From a virus, in IMG/VR virus record IMGVR_UViG_3300026557_000003, positions 2,527 through 66,526 of that record: DNA of 64,000 bases, one strand, 5' to 3'. Numbering within the stretch: the first letter of the stretch is position 1; each line of letters begins with the position of its first letter. This document shows, one piece after another, positions 1 through 9,035 of this stretch. The translations under genes were made by a program, and so were the position numbers. Below the pieces are notes generated by a model. It worked only from the letters and a program-made list of their open reading frames with translations, had not been told where the DNA came from and did not search any database.

Positions 1-2
1 AG

Positions 3-341
3 GCCGCTGAGGGTGATCCGCAATCGCCGTTTCTAGTGCGCGACCAAATCATCAACGAGATGCTGCGACTGGCTCTTCACAGCAACGACGACCGTGTAAG
101 GTTTGCTGCCATTAAAGAGATATTCGACCGGACTGAAGGCAAGCCCCTTCAGCGTGTCGAGGTTATTGAAAACGATCAGCGAGATCGATACCTTTCCTGT
201 ATCCAGTTCGTCCGAGACTCGCTTATTAAATCTGGCAAGGAAGTTGACGAGCGGCTGATCCTGGAAGCTGTTTGCGGAACTTACCCGGAAGCTCGGGAAG
301 TCCTGGCGGATATGTTCGCGGCTGCTGATGGCGCGGGTTAG
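3..341 (+). CDS. Terminase small subunit-like protein, 5'-truncated by window edge
   Basis: Frame is open from base 3. The motif AIKEIFDRTEGKPLQRVEV resembles C-terminal DRxxGKP motifs of TerS-like proteins. Upstream of TerL. Confidence 0.55.
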   Translation, partial: AAEGDPQSPFLVRDQIINEMLRLALHSNDDRVRFAAIKEIFDRTEGKPLQRVEVIENDQRDRYLSCIQFVRDSLIKSGKEVDERLILEAVCGTYPEAREVLADMFAAADGAG

Positions 342-592
342 GTTGCATCTTGCTTTATCTCCCAATGAACTGCCTCGTCTTTACCTACAGCAATGAGTGT
401 TAATTCGTGGCCTGCAAATAAATAGAACGTCTCAAGAATTTCGACGCCTTCACTTGTTCTTATGCGAATCATCTGATCAGGCGCGCCGTTACTGAAATTC
501 GTAATACATGTTGCGTCTGGTCGCGGCCAAAATCGCAGCAGCAAATATACTGCGACGATCAGTACCAGTGCGATGATTACGCTATTGTCCAT
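338..592 (-). CDS. Small protein with N-terminal TM segment
   Basis: MDNSVIIALVLIVAVYLLLRFW hydrophobic stretch; overlaps the upstream gene in the leftward module. Confidence 0.5.
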   Translation of the reverse strand: MDNSVIIALVLIVAVYLLLRFWPRPDATCITNFSNGAPDQMIRIRTSEGVEILETFYLFAGHELTLIAVGKDEAVHWEIKQDAT

Positions 593-911
593 CTGATTCG
601 ATCTCCTTTGCACAGTCCTCTATTTCCGCTGTGGCCTCGTCGGCACAATCACCAGCATAATTACGAATTATTGGTATCAGCTGACGCACAATCGCCGCGT
701 CTTTCTCCCGTTGCTCGCGCTGGGCCCGGGCGTTAATCTCATCAGCTAATCCAGAATCAAGTATTGAGGTTGCGATAATCGCCAAGCACTTTACGCATAG
801 GCGAGTATTCAACGCCGGATACAGCTTTGCCGGCGTGAAACAAGACTGACAGCGCGCCTCGGGTTGGCCCGTGAGATTGTCTAGATAACTTCGTTCGATC
901 ATTTTGCTCAC
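582..911 (-). CDS. Hypothetical zinc-binding protein
   Basis: CQSC...CVKC pairs; tightly packed in leftward module. Confidence 0.55.
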   Translation of the reverse strand: MSKMIERSYLDNLTGQPEARCQSCFTPAKLYPALNTRLCVKCLAIIATSILDSGLADEINARAQREQREKDAAIVRQLIPIIRNYAGDCADEATAEIEDCAKEIESDGQ

Positions 912-919
912 AATATCTC

Positions 920-1336
920 CTACGCTGGATTTCCGCTTACGACCTTGCCTTCGCGGTCCTTGAATAGGTAGTCATCTTTGCTAATCGATATGCTCCTGTC
1001 TGAAAAAACTAGCACGAGCGTCTCATCAAACGTTCTGAAGTGTGCAGCATCGGCAAACACTGATACCTGAAATCCATTATTACCAATATATTGAATGCTC
1101 TCGTATTCTGGATTCATTTCACGCCGCCCTGCTTGCTCTGGGATGTATACCACGGCGCGACGATACCCCAGATCGCGCATAATCTGCATTCCTGGTGCTC
1201 TCCGTGCCTTCAGAACATCGCTCAGGTAAGAACCGGACACCCCAATTTTTTCGGCATAGGCTTTCTGTGATCCAGCCTTCGTAACTGCCATCATCAACAA
1301 GTTGTAGAAATCCTGCTCAGTTATCTGGTTCTTCAT
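920..1336 (-). CDS. XRE/Cro-like HTH DNA-binding protein
   Basis: GSQKAYAEKIGVSGSYLSDVLKARR is a typical HTH; promoter directly upstream. Confidence 0.75.
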   Translation of the reverse strand: MKNQITEQDFYNLLMMAVTKAGSQKAYAEKIGVSGSYLSDVLKARRAPGMQIMRDLGYRRAVVYIPEQAGRREMNPEYESIQYIGNNGFQVSVFADAAHFRTFDETLVLVFSDRSISISKDDYLFKDREGKVVSGNPA

Positions 1337-1342
1337 AAATCC

Positions 1343-1371
1343 ATAATACGCATATCAGCGTATCAGGTCAA
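1343..1371 (-). promoter_or_regulatory. sigma70-like promoter, probably giving a leaderless HTH mRNA
   Basis: TTGACC-17 bp-TATTAT on the minus strand; predicted TSS about 1336 coincides with the ATG; TATCAG direct repeat in the spacer. Confidence 0.65.
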
Positions 1372-1557
1372 ATGAAAAACATTAATCAAATCCGCGCGCG
1401 CAAACCATCCGCCGCGTAAGCAAAAATTCGGTCCTGAGAATTTTTCTGAGTGGGGAAGTTGGTACGCGACAGCGTTCAACTTCTTGTGACCTTTTTGTGG
1501 CGTAAGCCACGATATGACCTTTTAAAAAACGGTACATATTAACTATAACATCTTTGT

Positions 1558-1657
1558 GGTACGTTTCGGCCCTACCCCAGGGCCAGAACGTACCTACTTA
1601 AGCAGGGCTGATTCGTACCTACCCTGCGCCGAAAGTAGGGCCAGAACGTACCTACTT
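1558..1657. repeat. Iteron-like cluster (putative origin)
   Basis: AGGGC-N5-CGTACC at 1579, 1604 and 1637, plus an inverted copy at 1558-1573; AT-rich tract at about 1520-1555. Confidence 0.7.
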
Positions 1658-2083
1658 TTTGCGCGCTTTCCGTGCCTGAAATGGGGAAACCTTGCCATCC
1701 TTCGCGTCGATTTCGGGGAATTCTTTCTTGCAAAGGTCCCCCGTTTCTTCCGAGTACCTTTTAATTGCCTCAAGCACAGTCGTAACGCCCACGATAAATC
1801 GACGGGGTTTCCCTCTGGTAACTGTTGGCTCGGTGATGAATTCAAGATCGAGTAAAATAGACCGTGCCATTTCCTGTTGTCGTCGAGTGAGTCCGGTTTC
1901 TTTCTCCCACTGACGACGGGTTTTCCAAAATTCACCGTTGGGCTGATCGCTGCATTCCCACCAAAACCACGCTTGGGATAGAAAGATTGTTGCCTCGATT
2001 GATTTTGTTAGCTTGAAGAAGATTCGACGGTAACGAACAGAAACGCGGAAATAACGGTCAAAAAACGCTGGCGTCTGATTCAT
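1652..2083 (-). CDS. Phage replication initiator-like protein (N-terminal winged-helix domain only)
   Basis: IFLSQAWFWW...WKTRRQWEKETGLTRRQQEMARSIL resembles N-termini of lambda O-like initiators; abuts the iteron cluster. Confidence 0.6.
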   Translation of the reverse strand: MNQTPAFFDRYFRVSVRYRRIFFKLTKSIEATIFLSQAWFWWECSDQPNGEFWKTRRQWEKETGLTRRQQEMARSILLDLEFITEPTVTRGKPRRFIVGVTTVLEAIKRYSEETGDLCKKEFPEIDAKDGKVSPFQARKARKK

Positions 2084-2201
2084 TGGCTACACTTCCAATG
2101 TGAATTTCGTGTGATGATTGCAGCGAGAATGTGTGTAGTTCATCCTCGCCACAACCCAAAACTCTGTGATCAGCAGAGCGACACGATTCGCTGATTATAC
2201 C

Positions 2202-2402
2202 CTACTTCGCGAACAACGCACCCGGTTTTTTGCGGACGCTCACAAGCCGGACGGTCTGCTTGCCAGTGCACCGCGATTCCTCTTCAATAACGACCTGGAT
2301 GCCAAGCAAGCCGTAGTTTTTGCGATCAAGAGTCACGGCTAGCGGCTGCCCACATTTTCCGCAGAATAAAGCATTCGATGCAGATAATTTGATATTTGGC
2401 AA
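2202..2402 (-). CDS. Hypothetical protein
   Basis: CGKC motif; same strand as the module; TTG start uncertain. Confidence 0.35.
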   Translation of the reverse strand: MPNIKLSASNALFCGKCGQPLAVTLDRKNYGLLGIQVVIEEESRCTGKQTVRLVSVRKKPGALFAK

Positions 2403-2464
2403 GTGTAGTTTCGGCTACATCGTGGTAGTATATCCACACAAGAGACTTTAAGGAGAAATAAATT

Positions 2465-2743
2465 GTGGGTTCGGGTCCCACCTTTCGCACCAAATCTATG
2501 GCTGAATACACTGTTAATCAGATAGATAAGATTGTCATCGGGGCGCTACGTGACTGTATCTATCAGCACGGGCCAATAACACACGAGTGGATTGCTTCAG
2601 CAGCCAAAAGAATTACAACGCAGCTTCGCGGAGCGATTAAGAACAAACAAATCACCGAAGAAGACGAGATTCTCGATCTATTCGACTCGGTTGATGGCAA
2701 CGGCAAGGAAACGCTACAACGCTTCGGCGAGATATGCCGCTAA
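2465..2743 (+). CDS. Hypothetical protein
   Basis: AAGGAG upstream of GTG 2465; alternative ATG at 2498. Confidence 0.45.
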   Translation: MGSGPTFRTKSMAEYTVNQIDKIVIGALRDCIYQHGPITHEWIASAAKRITTQLRGAIKNKQITEEDEILDLFDSVDGNGKETLQRFGEICR

Positions 2744-2801
2744 CGATCTTTCCCGGAAGCGCAGCCCGACACTGCACCCGAACGGTAGCGGCTAATCCTG
2801 A

Positions 2802-3470
2802 CTACCAACGACTGTAGGGACATTTTCGCGAAGGCAGCCTGGGTATCCTCGCCGCAATTTCTGGATTCCACCCGGTTCGTATTCTATTTCGAAACATTTC
2901 GAAATCTTCCTCTCTAACGTTAAAACGCTTGGCCCATTCCCGCACTCTCAGTGATTCCCCCGCGAATGTAAACGTTTTGGGCGGATTTGTTTTACGCTTG
3001 GTGTTGGTACCACTTAAAATTTCATCAAGACTCTTTCCTCGCTGAATATTCGTCGCGACAACGCTCCTCTTGAGTCCATGTCGATCACACCATTCAGCTA
3101 AACACATCTTTTCGCCATTGCATTCTACGATTCGATTACTCCGTTTATTCCGTGCGTTCTGGGTTCTTGTGGCCCATCGTAAATTCATCGGCCAACCATT
3201 TTCAAGGCACTCTGAACACTGGCCGCAACTATAGTGCCCGTCATTGTCTTTTCTGTCGATCTGCATTGAAGGGTCTGGTCGAGGACCTACCGTAGAGTAA
3301 AAAGCGCCAGCGGAAGAGAGCAAGTAACCACATATCTTGATTCCCCGACCGCCGTAATCTTTCCATTGTGGTTGGCGCGGATTCAAGCACCGCGTCTTGA
3401 TGCGGTCCCAGGTTTTAAACTCGGGCGTACCACTCAATCCGTGAATCGTGTTAAAATGAAATTCAGCCAT
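2802..3470 (-). CDS. HNH-type homing endonuclease (HNH-1)
   Basis: WDRIKTRCLNP...YGGRGIKIC...IDRKDNDGHY...NLRWATRTQNARNK; AAAGGAG RBS before ATG 3470. Confidence 0.85.
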   Translation of the reverse strand: MAEFHFNTIHGLSGTPEFKTWDRIKTRCLNPRQPQWKDYGGRGIKICGYLLSSAGAFYSTVGPRPDPSMQIDRKDNDGHYSCGQCSECLENGWPMNLRWATRTQNARNKRSNRIVECNGEKMCLAEWCDRHGLKRSVVATNIQRGKSLDEILSGTNTKRKTNPPKTFTFAGESLRVREWAKRFNVREEDFEMFRNRIRTGWNPEIAARIPRLPSRKCPYSRW

Positions 3471-3475
3471 TGAGT

Positions 3476-3555
3476 AAATCTCCTTTACAGATTTATTGAA
3501 TTGGTAGATCGGCGGAAGGTGCTCAAACACCGCCGCCGATTGTCATATTGTATCA
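3476..3555 (-). promoter_or_regulatory. HNH-1 leader: extended -10, hairpin, CTACCA, RBS-occluding hairpin
   Basis: TGaTACAAT; ATCGGCGG/CCGCCGAT stem with TGTTTGAGCA loop; AAATCT-gtaaagg-AGATTT. Confidence 0.7.
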
Positions 3556-3576
3556 CGAATTTCGTTGCCTTATAAT
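3548..3576 (+). promoter_or_regulatory. sigma70-like promoter, back-to-back with the HNH-1 promoter
   Basis: TTGTAT-17 bp-TATAAT. Confidence 0.65.
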
Positions 3577-3582
3577 AGCTTT

Positions 3583-3870
3583 TTCCTGGAGATGCGGACT
3601 GCCTAACCGCACCCAGGCTGAGGGGCGAAAGCTATCACTCTCTGGGTTCGCTGAATTGGCGAGATAATATAGCGCCGGGAATTAAACTTAACCGCAACCT
3701 ATCTATTAAGACAGCCCTCGACGTTTTCTGCAGGGACCAACGCTAATGATTGCAACGCTTAGTTATTAACGTCGAGGCTGGTCCTTCGGTGTGCTATTAT
3801 CTCTCAGGGGCGTATTCGTCGATCTTAAGTGTACCCTCTAACTATGAACGCTGATGGAGCGCCCCGCAAT
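3583..3870 (+). ncRNA. Candidate structured RNA or long 5' leader
   Basis: Multiple stems (3611-3616/3642-3647, 3661-3669/3795-3803, 3712-3725/3768-3780, 3807-3812/3860-3865), GAAA tetraloop; no ORF of 60 aa or more; follows a promoter. Confidence 0.4.
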
Positions 3871-3890
3871 CAAACCCCAGCGAGGTATCG

Positions 3891-4076
3891 ATGGCTTCAA
3901 TTTCTGTCTTGGTCCTTGATTTCATTCTGTCGGTTATCGTGTTTTTCGGCGGTGGTTGGGCTATCTATAAACGCGCTCCCGATGGCGTAACTGTAAGTGC
4001 AAGTAACGTAGCCGCACTGATCCTGATGATCCTGCTGTTTTTGCAGGTAATGAAGATAATCCAGACTTGTGGTTAG
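3891..4076 (+). CDS. Small two-TM membrane protein
   Basis: Two hydrophobic segments; GAGGT RBS. Confidence 0.6.
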   Translation: MASISVLVLDFILSVIVFFGGGWAIYKRAPDGVTVSASNVAALILMILLFLQVMKIIQTCG

Positions 4077-4123
4077 CGAATTCTATTGAAATCACGCGCC
4101 AAATCGGGCAATATGGCGGCTGT

Positions 4124-4513
4124 ATGAGTAAATTTACCATCCACGCAACTTTCGAGGGCGAACACCCAAACGAGTTGCTTCACACTTTAAGCGGTCTGAA
4201 TGCACTGATGGAAATACCCTGTGCGCTTGACCGCCTCACAACTGCAGTTAACGAGACGAAGGAGATTCTTATGGCACTGTCACCAAATATTCAGAAGTTA
4301 GTTGACGCATCGACCGCATTGTCATCGGCGGTCAGTACTTTCCTGGCCAATCAGGGTGGTGCGACTGCAACGGCCGTTCAAGCTGCAATCGACGCAGAGG
4401 ACACTGATCCGGCAGTGGTGGACGCATTGACGAAACTACAAAACGACATCAAGATTCTTACGCCGGCAGTAGCAGCGACCACGGCGGCCGTTGCTCCAGT
4501 CCAGAACGGGTAA
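4124..4513 (+). CDS. Ala-rich helical hypothetical protein
   Basis: ATG 4124; second strong RBS (AAGGAG) before MALSP near 4270; followed by a terminator. Confidence 0.6.
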   Translation: MSKFTIHATFEGEHPNELLHTLSGLNALMEIPCALDRLTTAVNETKEILMALSPNIQKLVDASTALSSAVSTFLANQGGATATAVQAAIDAEDTDPAVVDALTKLQNDIKILTPAVAATTAAVAPVQNG

Positions 4514-4542
4514 CAAGTTCGTTCGTGAGGTAACTCCTGCTC

Positions 4543-4570
4543 GCCCCGCGATTTGCGGGGCTTTTTCTTT
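4543..4570 (+). terminator. Rho-independent terminator
   Basis: GCCCCGC-gattt-GCGGGGC followed by TTTTTCTTT. Confidence 0.85.
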
Positions 4571-4576
4571 GAACTG

Positions 4577-4652
4577 TGTTATAGTGCCGTCACGCGCGCG
4601 ATTCGAGTTGCTCCTGTTGACTAACTTTGCTATGAAAATCGAGTCGCGCGCG
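4577..4652 (+). promoter_or_regulatory. Extended -10 promoter plus 14-bp inverted repeat heading the packaging operon
   Basis: TGtTATAGT at 4577-4585; CGCGCGCGATTCGA (4593-4606) / TCGAGTCGCGCGCG (4639-4652). Confidence 0.5.
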
Positions 4653-4660
4653 GAAAATCT

Positions 4661-5308
4661 ATGGCAAATCCATTCACGGTCCATCTAAACGGAAGCGGAA
4701 AAGTCGCAACCGGCGCTACGGTCGCTCAAAAGGCGTTCATCGGTGAAGATTGCGTTGTACTTGACGCCTGTGAGGTCTACGGCGAGTCCGTAATCCGCAA
4801 GGGTAGTCAACTATCCGGTGCGTGCAGGGTCTTTGGCGGCGCAGATATTCAGAAATCGCGGCTACACGGCTCAGTGATTGTGGCCGGCGAGAAGGCTGCA
4901 GTTATAAATTCCCTCTTAATTGGCGATATCCTAGTCGCTGACAGTGCCTCGGTTCATAGCTGCGATTTGCGCTGTGGACCTGGGCAAATAATCAGAATCA
5001 CTGAAAACGCGCAACTGATGGGAGTTTTGATCTATGGACCGCTGACCGTCAAGGGTGATGCAAAGGTCAGCAATTGCGAGCTGTATCCGTCGACCGATAT
5101 CGTTGAAGGCGAATGGACGAGGCCGCCAAGGGTTGTGCGATCGGTATTCCAATTTAACCTAGTCGAATCAATCAACGATAGGATTGTCATCGGCTGTCAG
5201 GTTCACTCTCTTGATGTTTGGAAGAAACTCGATCCGAACCGATGGGCGCAATTAGGATTCTCACCTGAAGAACTAGCCGAATATTCAAGACTCATCAGCG
5301 AGTGGTAG
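4661..5308 (+). CDS. Left-handed beta-helix (hexapeptide-repeat) protein
   Basis: Repeating [IV]xGxxxV hexads; C-terminal IVIGCQVH motif. Confidence 0.7.
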   Translation: MANPFTVHLNGSGKVATGATVAQKAFIGEDCVVLDACEVYGESVIRKGSQLSGACRVFGGADIQKSRLHGSVIVAGEKAAVINSLLIGDILVADSASVHSCDLRCGPGQIIRITENAQLMGVLIYGPLTVKGDAKVSNCELYPSTDIVEGEWTRPPRVVRSVFQFNLVESINDRIVIGCQVHSLDVWKKLDPNRWAQLGFSPEELAEYSRLISEW

Positions 5309-7390
5309 ATGGCAACAGACGACCTTCGCTCCATTATCGTCGGCCTGGTCGACCAATTCAAGGCTGCGGATCAGGCTGTTGATCTCTACAAAAGCCTGGA
5401 ATCCCGCGAAAAAGGCGAAACCTATCTCAGCAGATTAGACGACGCGCTCGCCCGCTGTGCCAATTGTGAGATTCTTATTGATCTGGCGCAGTCAAAGATT
5501 CAACCGCTAATCGACCGCGCAACCAATGACATCGAGCGTCAGGCCCGAGAATATCAGCGTGATTTAATTGGCTGGCAGCTTCACAGGGCGGCCGAGAGTG
5601 CTCAAGAACGCATCGCTCATCTTGCGAGAATCGTCACCCCAGAAGATCAGGCGGCCGAAAAAGAACTCTGCAGAAAAGACACAAAATACTGGTTCAGATA
5701 TTACGCATGGTCAACCGACCCAAGACCCGATGCGCCGTTGTCGGTGATGCCGACCGTTCCGTTTCCGTTTCAGGATAACTACATCGATTGGTTGGAGTGC
5801 ACGACATTCGAAGAGCACTCATCCGGACTGGTTGAGAAATCCCGCGATATGGGAGCTACGGTGATCTGGATCGAATGGAACGTGAAACACTGGCTGTTTA
5901 CCGAAGGCTTTTCCTCGTTGCTATCATCGGCGACCGAAGATCTGGTCGACTCGAAGCAGGACCCAGATACCTTATTCGAAAAGACGCGGTTTCAGATTCG
6001 GATGCTTCCAAAATGGATGCTTCCGGTTGGTTTTGATCCAAACCGACATATGCCGTATATGAATATCGCGAATCCTGAGAATGGATCAGTTATCACGGGT
6101 CAAGCTCCCACTCAGAATATCGGTCGCCAACGTCGACGAACCGTCGCGCTCTGCGATGAATTCGCAAGCTGGCCGTTTGGCGGATACACGCAACATACAG
6201 CAATGTCTCAAACCGTCCGTTGTATGTTCAAGGTCTCATCAGTCAAAGGCAGGCTCAACAAATTCGCTGAAGAGCGTCACGCTGGTGGTACAAACGTTTT
6301 TACGATGGATTGGCGAGAACACCCTTGGAAAGATGATCGATGGTTCAACTCTCTCGATCACGGATACTGCGGTCCTCGAATGACGACGCAGGAAGTTGCG
6401 CAGGAGGTTTCCCGCGATTACGATGCCTCGCAGCCCGGCAAAGTTTTCACCAAGTACAATGAACTCCTGAACGTCGTCACCTGGAAAGAATTCGCGAGCG
6501 TCGCCGTTGGCGCAGTCAATCCAGACACTAATCTTTATCGAATCCCGACTAATTGGTTTTGTGGTCGGGGCCTTGACTGGGGAGCAACTGACGAGAATCA
6601 ACACCCAGCAGTATGTATCTGGATCGCCATCGCGGCTGAGAATGCACATCCATCAATTCGAGGCTGCATATTCGTCTATCGTGAACGGATGTGGAGCGGC
6701 GGCCCGACTGTCGGAGAAGTTGCCCGCGAGATTAAAACCGTCGAAGCCGTTGATCACGAGACCGAAAGGATGGTTCAAAAACGGATCAGTCACGAGCGAT
6801 CGACGGAACAAAACACGTTTCTGCGCGAACATCGAATGCCCTGGGAAAAATGGCAGACCACCGACAATTGGGGGCTGTCTGTCATTAATGAATTCCTCGA
6901 ACCTCGAAAATGGCAGCATCCGTTCAGAGCGGAGCTGTACGGTTCACCGCGTCTGTATCTGATTGTCGCTGATGATCAGGGTCAGATGGAAAAGGATCAT
7001 TCAGGACACGGTGCCGTCGTCGCTGCTCGCGATCAGGACGGACTAAAACGATTAAGAGCCGAGATGCCCGCGTATCACTATCCGACAACCGAAGCCGGTA
7101 AACCTGTCGGAAAGATGAAGCCTGAGAAGTTCTTCGATGATGCGGTCGATGCATTGCGCGGTGTTGCTGGTCACTTCTTCGGGCCAAGCAAAAAGCTATC
7201 TGATAACGAACGGATGGAGGCATCATTCCCTGAGCCTTTACGCGCCGAAACCCTGACCCGTGAAATCCGGGATGGCACAATCGAGGACCTGAACGTCAGG
7301 ATTATGCAGCGAATCGAAGCGCGCCAGAAATACAAAGAACAGAATACGGGGCGTCGTGGTATACTCGACCGCTATAGAGGTGGAAGATGA
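5309..7390 (+). CDS. terL: Terminase large subunit
   Basis: EKSRDMGAT (Walker A-like), ALCDEFA (Walker B), GLDWG and DDAVDALRG nuclease motifs; upstream of portal. Confidence 0.9.
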   Translation: MATDDLRSIIVGLVDQFKAADQAVDLYKSLESREKGETYLSRLDDALARCANCEILIDLAQSKIQPLIDRATNDIERQAREYQRDLIGWQLHRAAESAQERIAHLARIVTPEDQAAEKELCRKDTKYWFRYYAWSTDPRPDAPLSVMPTVPFPFQDNYIDWLECTTFEEHSSGLVEKSRDMGATVIWIEWNVKHWLFTEGFSSLLSSATEDLVDSKQDPDTLFEKTRFQIRMLPKWMLPVGFDPNRHMPYMNIANPENGSVITGQAPTQNIGRQRRRTVALCDEFASWPFGGYTQHTAMSQTVRCMFKVSSVKGRLNKFAEERHAGGTNVFTMDWREHPWKDDRWFNSLDHGYCGPRMTTQEVAQEVSRDYDASQPGKVFTKYNELLNVVTWKEFASVAVGAVNPDTNLYRIPTNWFCGRGLDWGATDENQHPAVCIWIAIAAENAHPSIRGCIFVYRERMWSGGPTVGEVAREIKTVEAVDHETERMVQKRISHERSTEQNTFLREHRMPWEKWQTTDNWGLSVINEFLEPRKWQHPFRAELYGSPRLYLIVADDQGQMEKDHSGHGAVVAARDQDGLKRLRAEMPAYHYPTTEAGKPVGKMKPEKFFDDAVDALRGVAGHFFGPSKKLSDNERMEASFPEPLRAETLTREIRDGTIEDLNVRIMQRIEARQKYKEQNTGRRGILDRYRGGR

Positions 7391-7914
7391 GCCGAGAAAA
7401 GCAAATAGAGATGGCGAAGGACTTTTGCATTAGCAAAGGAGTCAATCCCGATTTAGTTGATAAGCTGTACGAGGGTCCTTTCGGTATCGCGGCCGATCAG
7501 CCGGAATCATTATTCAGTGCCGAGTTGAAATCAAAGTTTAAGCTACGATCTCAGTTGCCAAAACACGTTGAGGCCGGTATGCGAATGCTGGTCATTACCG
7601 GCGACGTGATCGACATGCACGTCAAGGGCGAGACCGTCGCGAATATGCTTGACCTAATCATTCCACAATTGCCAGCGGATGTTTTCCTCTGCGATGACCA
7701 TTACAGCGGCGGGGTCATCTATCCGTTGCCGATGTTCAACGCGGATGGGAGTAGCGGATATTGCGATGCTTACTGTCTCATTCTCGGAAGTCTTCAATGG
7801 AAGAATCCCGGCCCCGGAAAGATGATTCCGATGCTGGACGTGTTTTTCACCAAAGACCCGACAACCTGGGCCGTAACCGCGAAGGTCGTTGAACGCACTG
7901 AAAACGTGAAATAA
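7387..7914 (+). CDS. Hypothetical protein
   Basis: ATGA overlap with terL; operon packing. Confidence 0.65.
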   Translation: MSREKQIEMAKDFCISKGVNPDLVDKLYEGPFGIAADQPESLFSAELKSKFKLRSQLPKHVEAGMRMLVITGDVIDMHVKGETVANMLDLIIPQLPADVFLCDDHYSGGVIYPLPMFNADGSSGYCDAYCLILGSLQWKNPGPGKMIPMLDVFFTKDPTTWAVTAKVVERTENVK

Positions 7915-8120
7915 TGAAAGTATCAAGGCTAATCGAAATTCTCAAACAGTGCGATCAGGAATTGGAGATTTGGAGTCATTCAAATAATCACACGGCCGAT
8001 GAAGATATAAAAGTCCTTATTGTCTCGGATGGCGGCCAAGATTCTTATGTCATCATAGGCAATCCCGAGGATGCGAGACTGCACGACAACGGCCTGAGGA
8101 TTCAGAAAAGATATAAATAA
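7914..8120 (+). CDS. Hypothetical protein
   Basis: TAATG coupling on both sides. Confidence 0.6.
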   Translation: MKVSRLIEILKQCDQELEIWSHSNNHTADEDIKVLIVSDGGQDSYVIIGNPEDARLHDNGLRIQKRYK

Positions 8121-8320
8121 TGGAAGAGCGGCTTATCCCTAGTTACGAGGCTCAAATCGCGCATCTGGTCGCGCGTGGAGTGCTCTATCCGACGAAAGAG
8201 GGCAACTGGCCTGTGATGATCTTCCACGATTTCCATTGTCCGTTCTTTCGCGGAAATCAATGCGTTTGTGATGTGTTGATTGCGCCGATTGCTTATGTTC
8301 ACAGGGAGAGAATTGTATGA
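8120..8320 (+). CDS. Small His/Cys metal-binding protein
   Basis: HDFHC...CVC motif; translationally coupled. Confidence 0.55.
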   Translation: MEERLIPSYEAQIAHLVARGVLYPTKEGNWPVMIFHDFHCPFFRGNQCVCDVLIAPIAYVHRERIV

Positions 8321-8490
8321 GCCAAGCCGTTAAGATTATTCTTCCAGAACCGCCAGTGGGTGCAGATTCGTGGGATGTTTACGCAACTCAAGTACTCTAC
8401 GATTACTCGATATTCGCCAATCTGTCCGATAAAACTATCACCGCAAGTCACGAAGGCGGTTATTTCGATATTAGTCACCTTGAAGATTGA
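8317..8490 (+). CDS. 57-aa hypothetical protein (below ORF-track cutoff)
   Basis: ATGA overlap with the upstream gene; MSQAVKIILPEPPVG...HLED. Confidence 0.5.
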   Translation: MSQAVKIILPEPPVGADSWDVYATQVLYDYSIFANLSDKTITASHEGGYFDISHLED

Positions 8491-8570
8491 AACCGGTTTA
8501 ATCGGCGATTGTACGAGCATCGTAGTTTCCAGAACGCGAATCGACTATTAAACTATGCGGAGTGCGAACT

Positions 8571-9035
8571 ATGAGCGAACGGTTAGAAGCGTTAACGCAG
8601 TATCGAAACTTTCAAGCGAAAATAAACAAAATCGTCGTAGTCGGTCCAATCCCACATCCCGACTACGATAAATGCCCTGACGAATGTGATTCAAAACACG
8701 CACACGAGATGATGCGACATCGGGTTGGACAACAGAAAGAATCGATGGAAGGTAGCGCAAGAATCAAGGACCTGGAGTGCTCAACGCCCGTTGACGACGC
8801 GCCGAAACCTATACCAAATGCCGCTGCAGACTTCGGGCCACACGAGTACGGCAAGTACCCTGTCGCCGGGGGGCCGAGAAAGACACCTAGTGGCGAAATC
8901 GCGCAAGACCTGATCTGTGGTCTTGCGATTCGCGATGTCATTGAAATCATCAACTGTCTGAAATTAGCGAAAGGCGCAACGGAGCAATCGCTGGTTGAGT
9001 TCGCCGAACAGATTTTAAGGGAGAAAATATCATGA
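8571..9035 (+). CDS. Hypothetical protein
   Basis: GGAG RBS before ATG 8571; coupled to the next gene. Confidence 0.6.
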   Translation: MSERLEALTQYRNFQAKINKIVVVGPIPHPDYDKCPDECDSKHAHEMMRHRVGQQKESMEGSARIKDLECSTPVDDAPKPIPNAAADFGPHEYGKYPVAGGPRKTPSGEIAQDLICGLAIRDVIEIINCLKLAKGATEQSLVEFAEQILREKIS

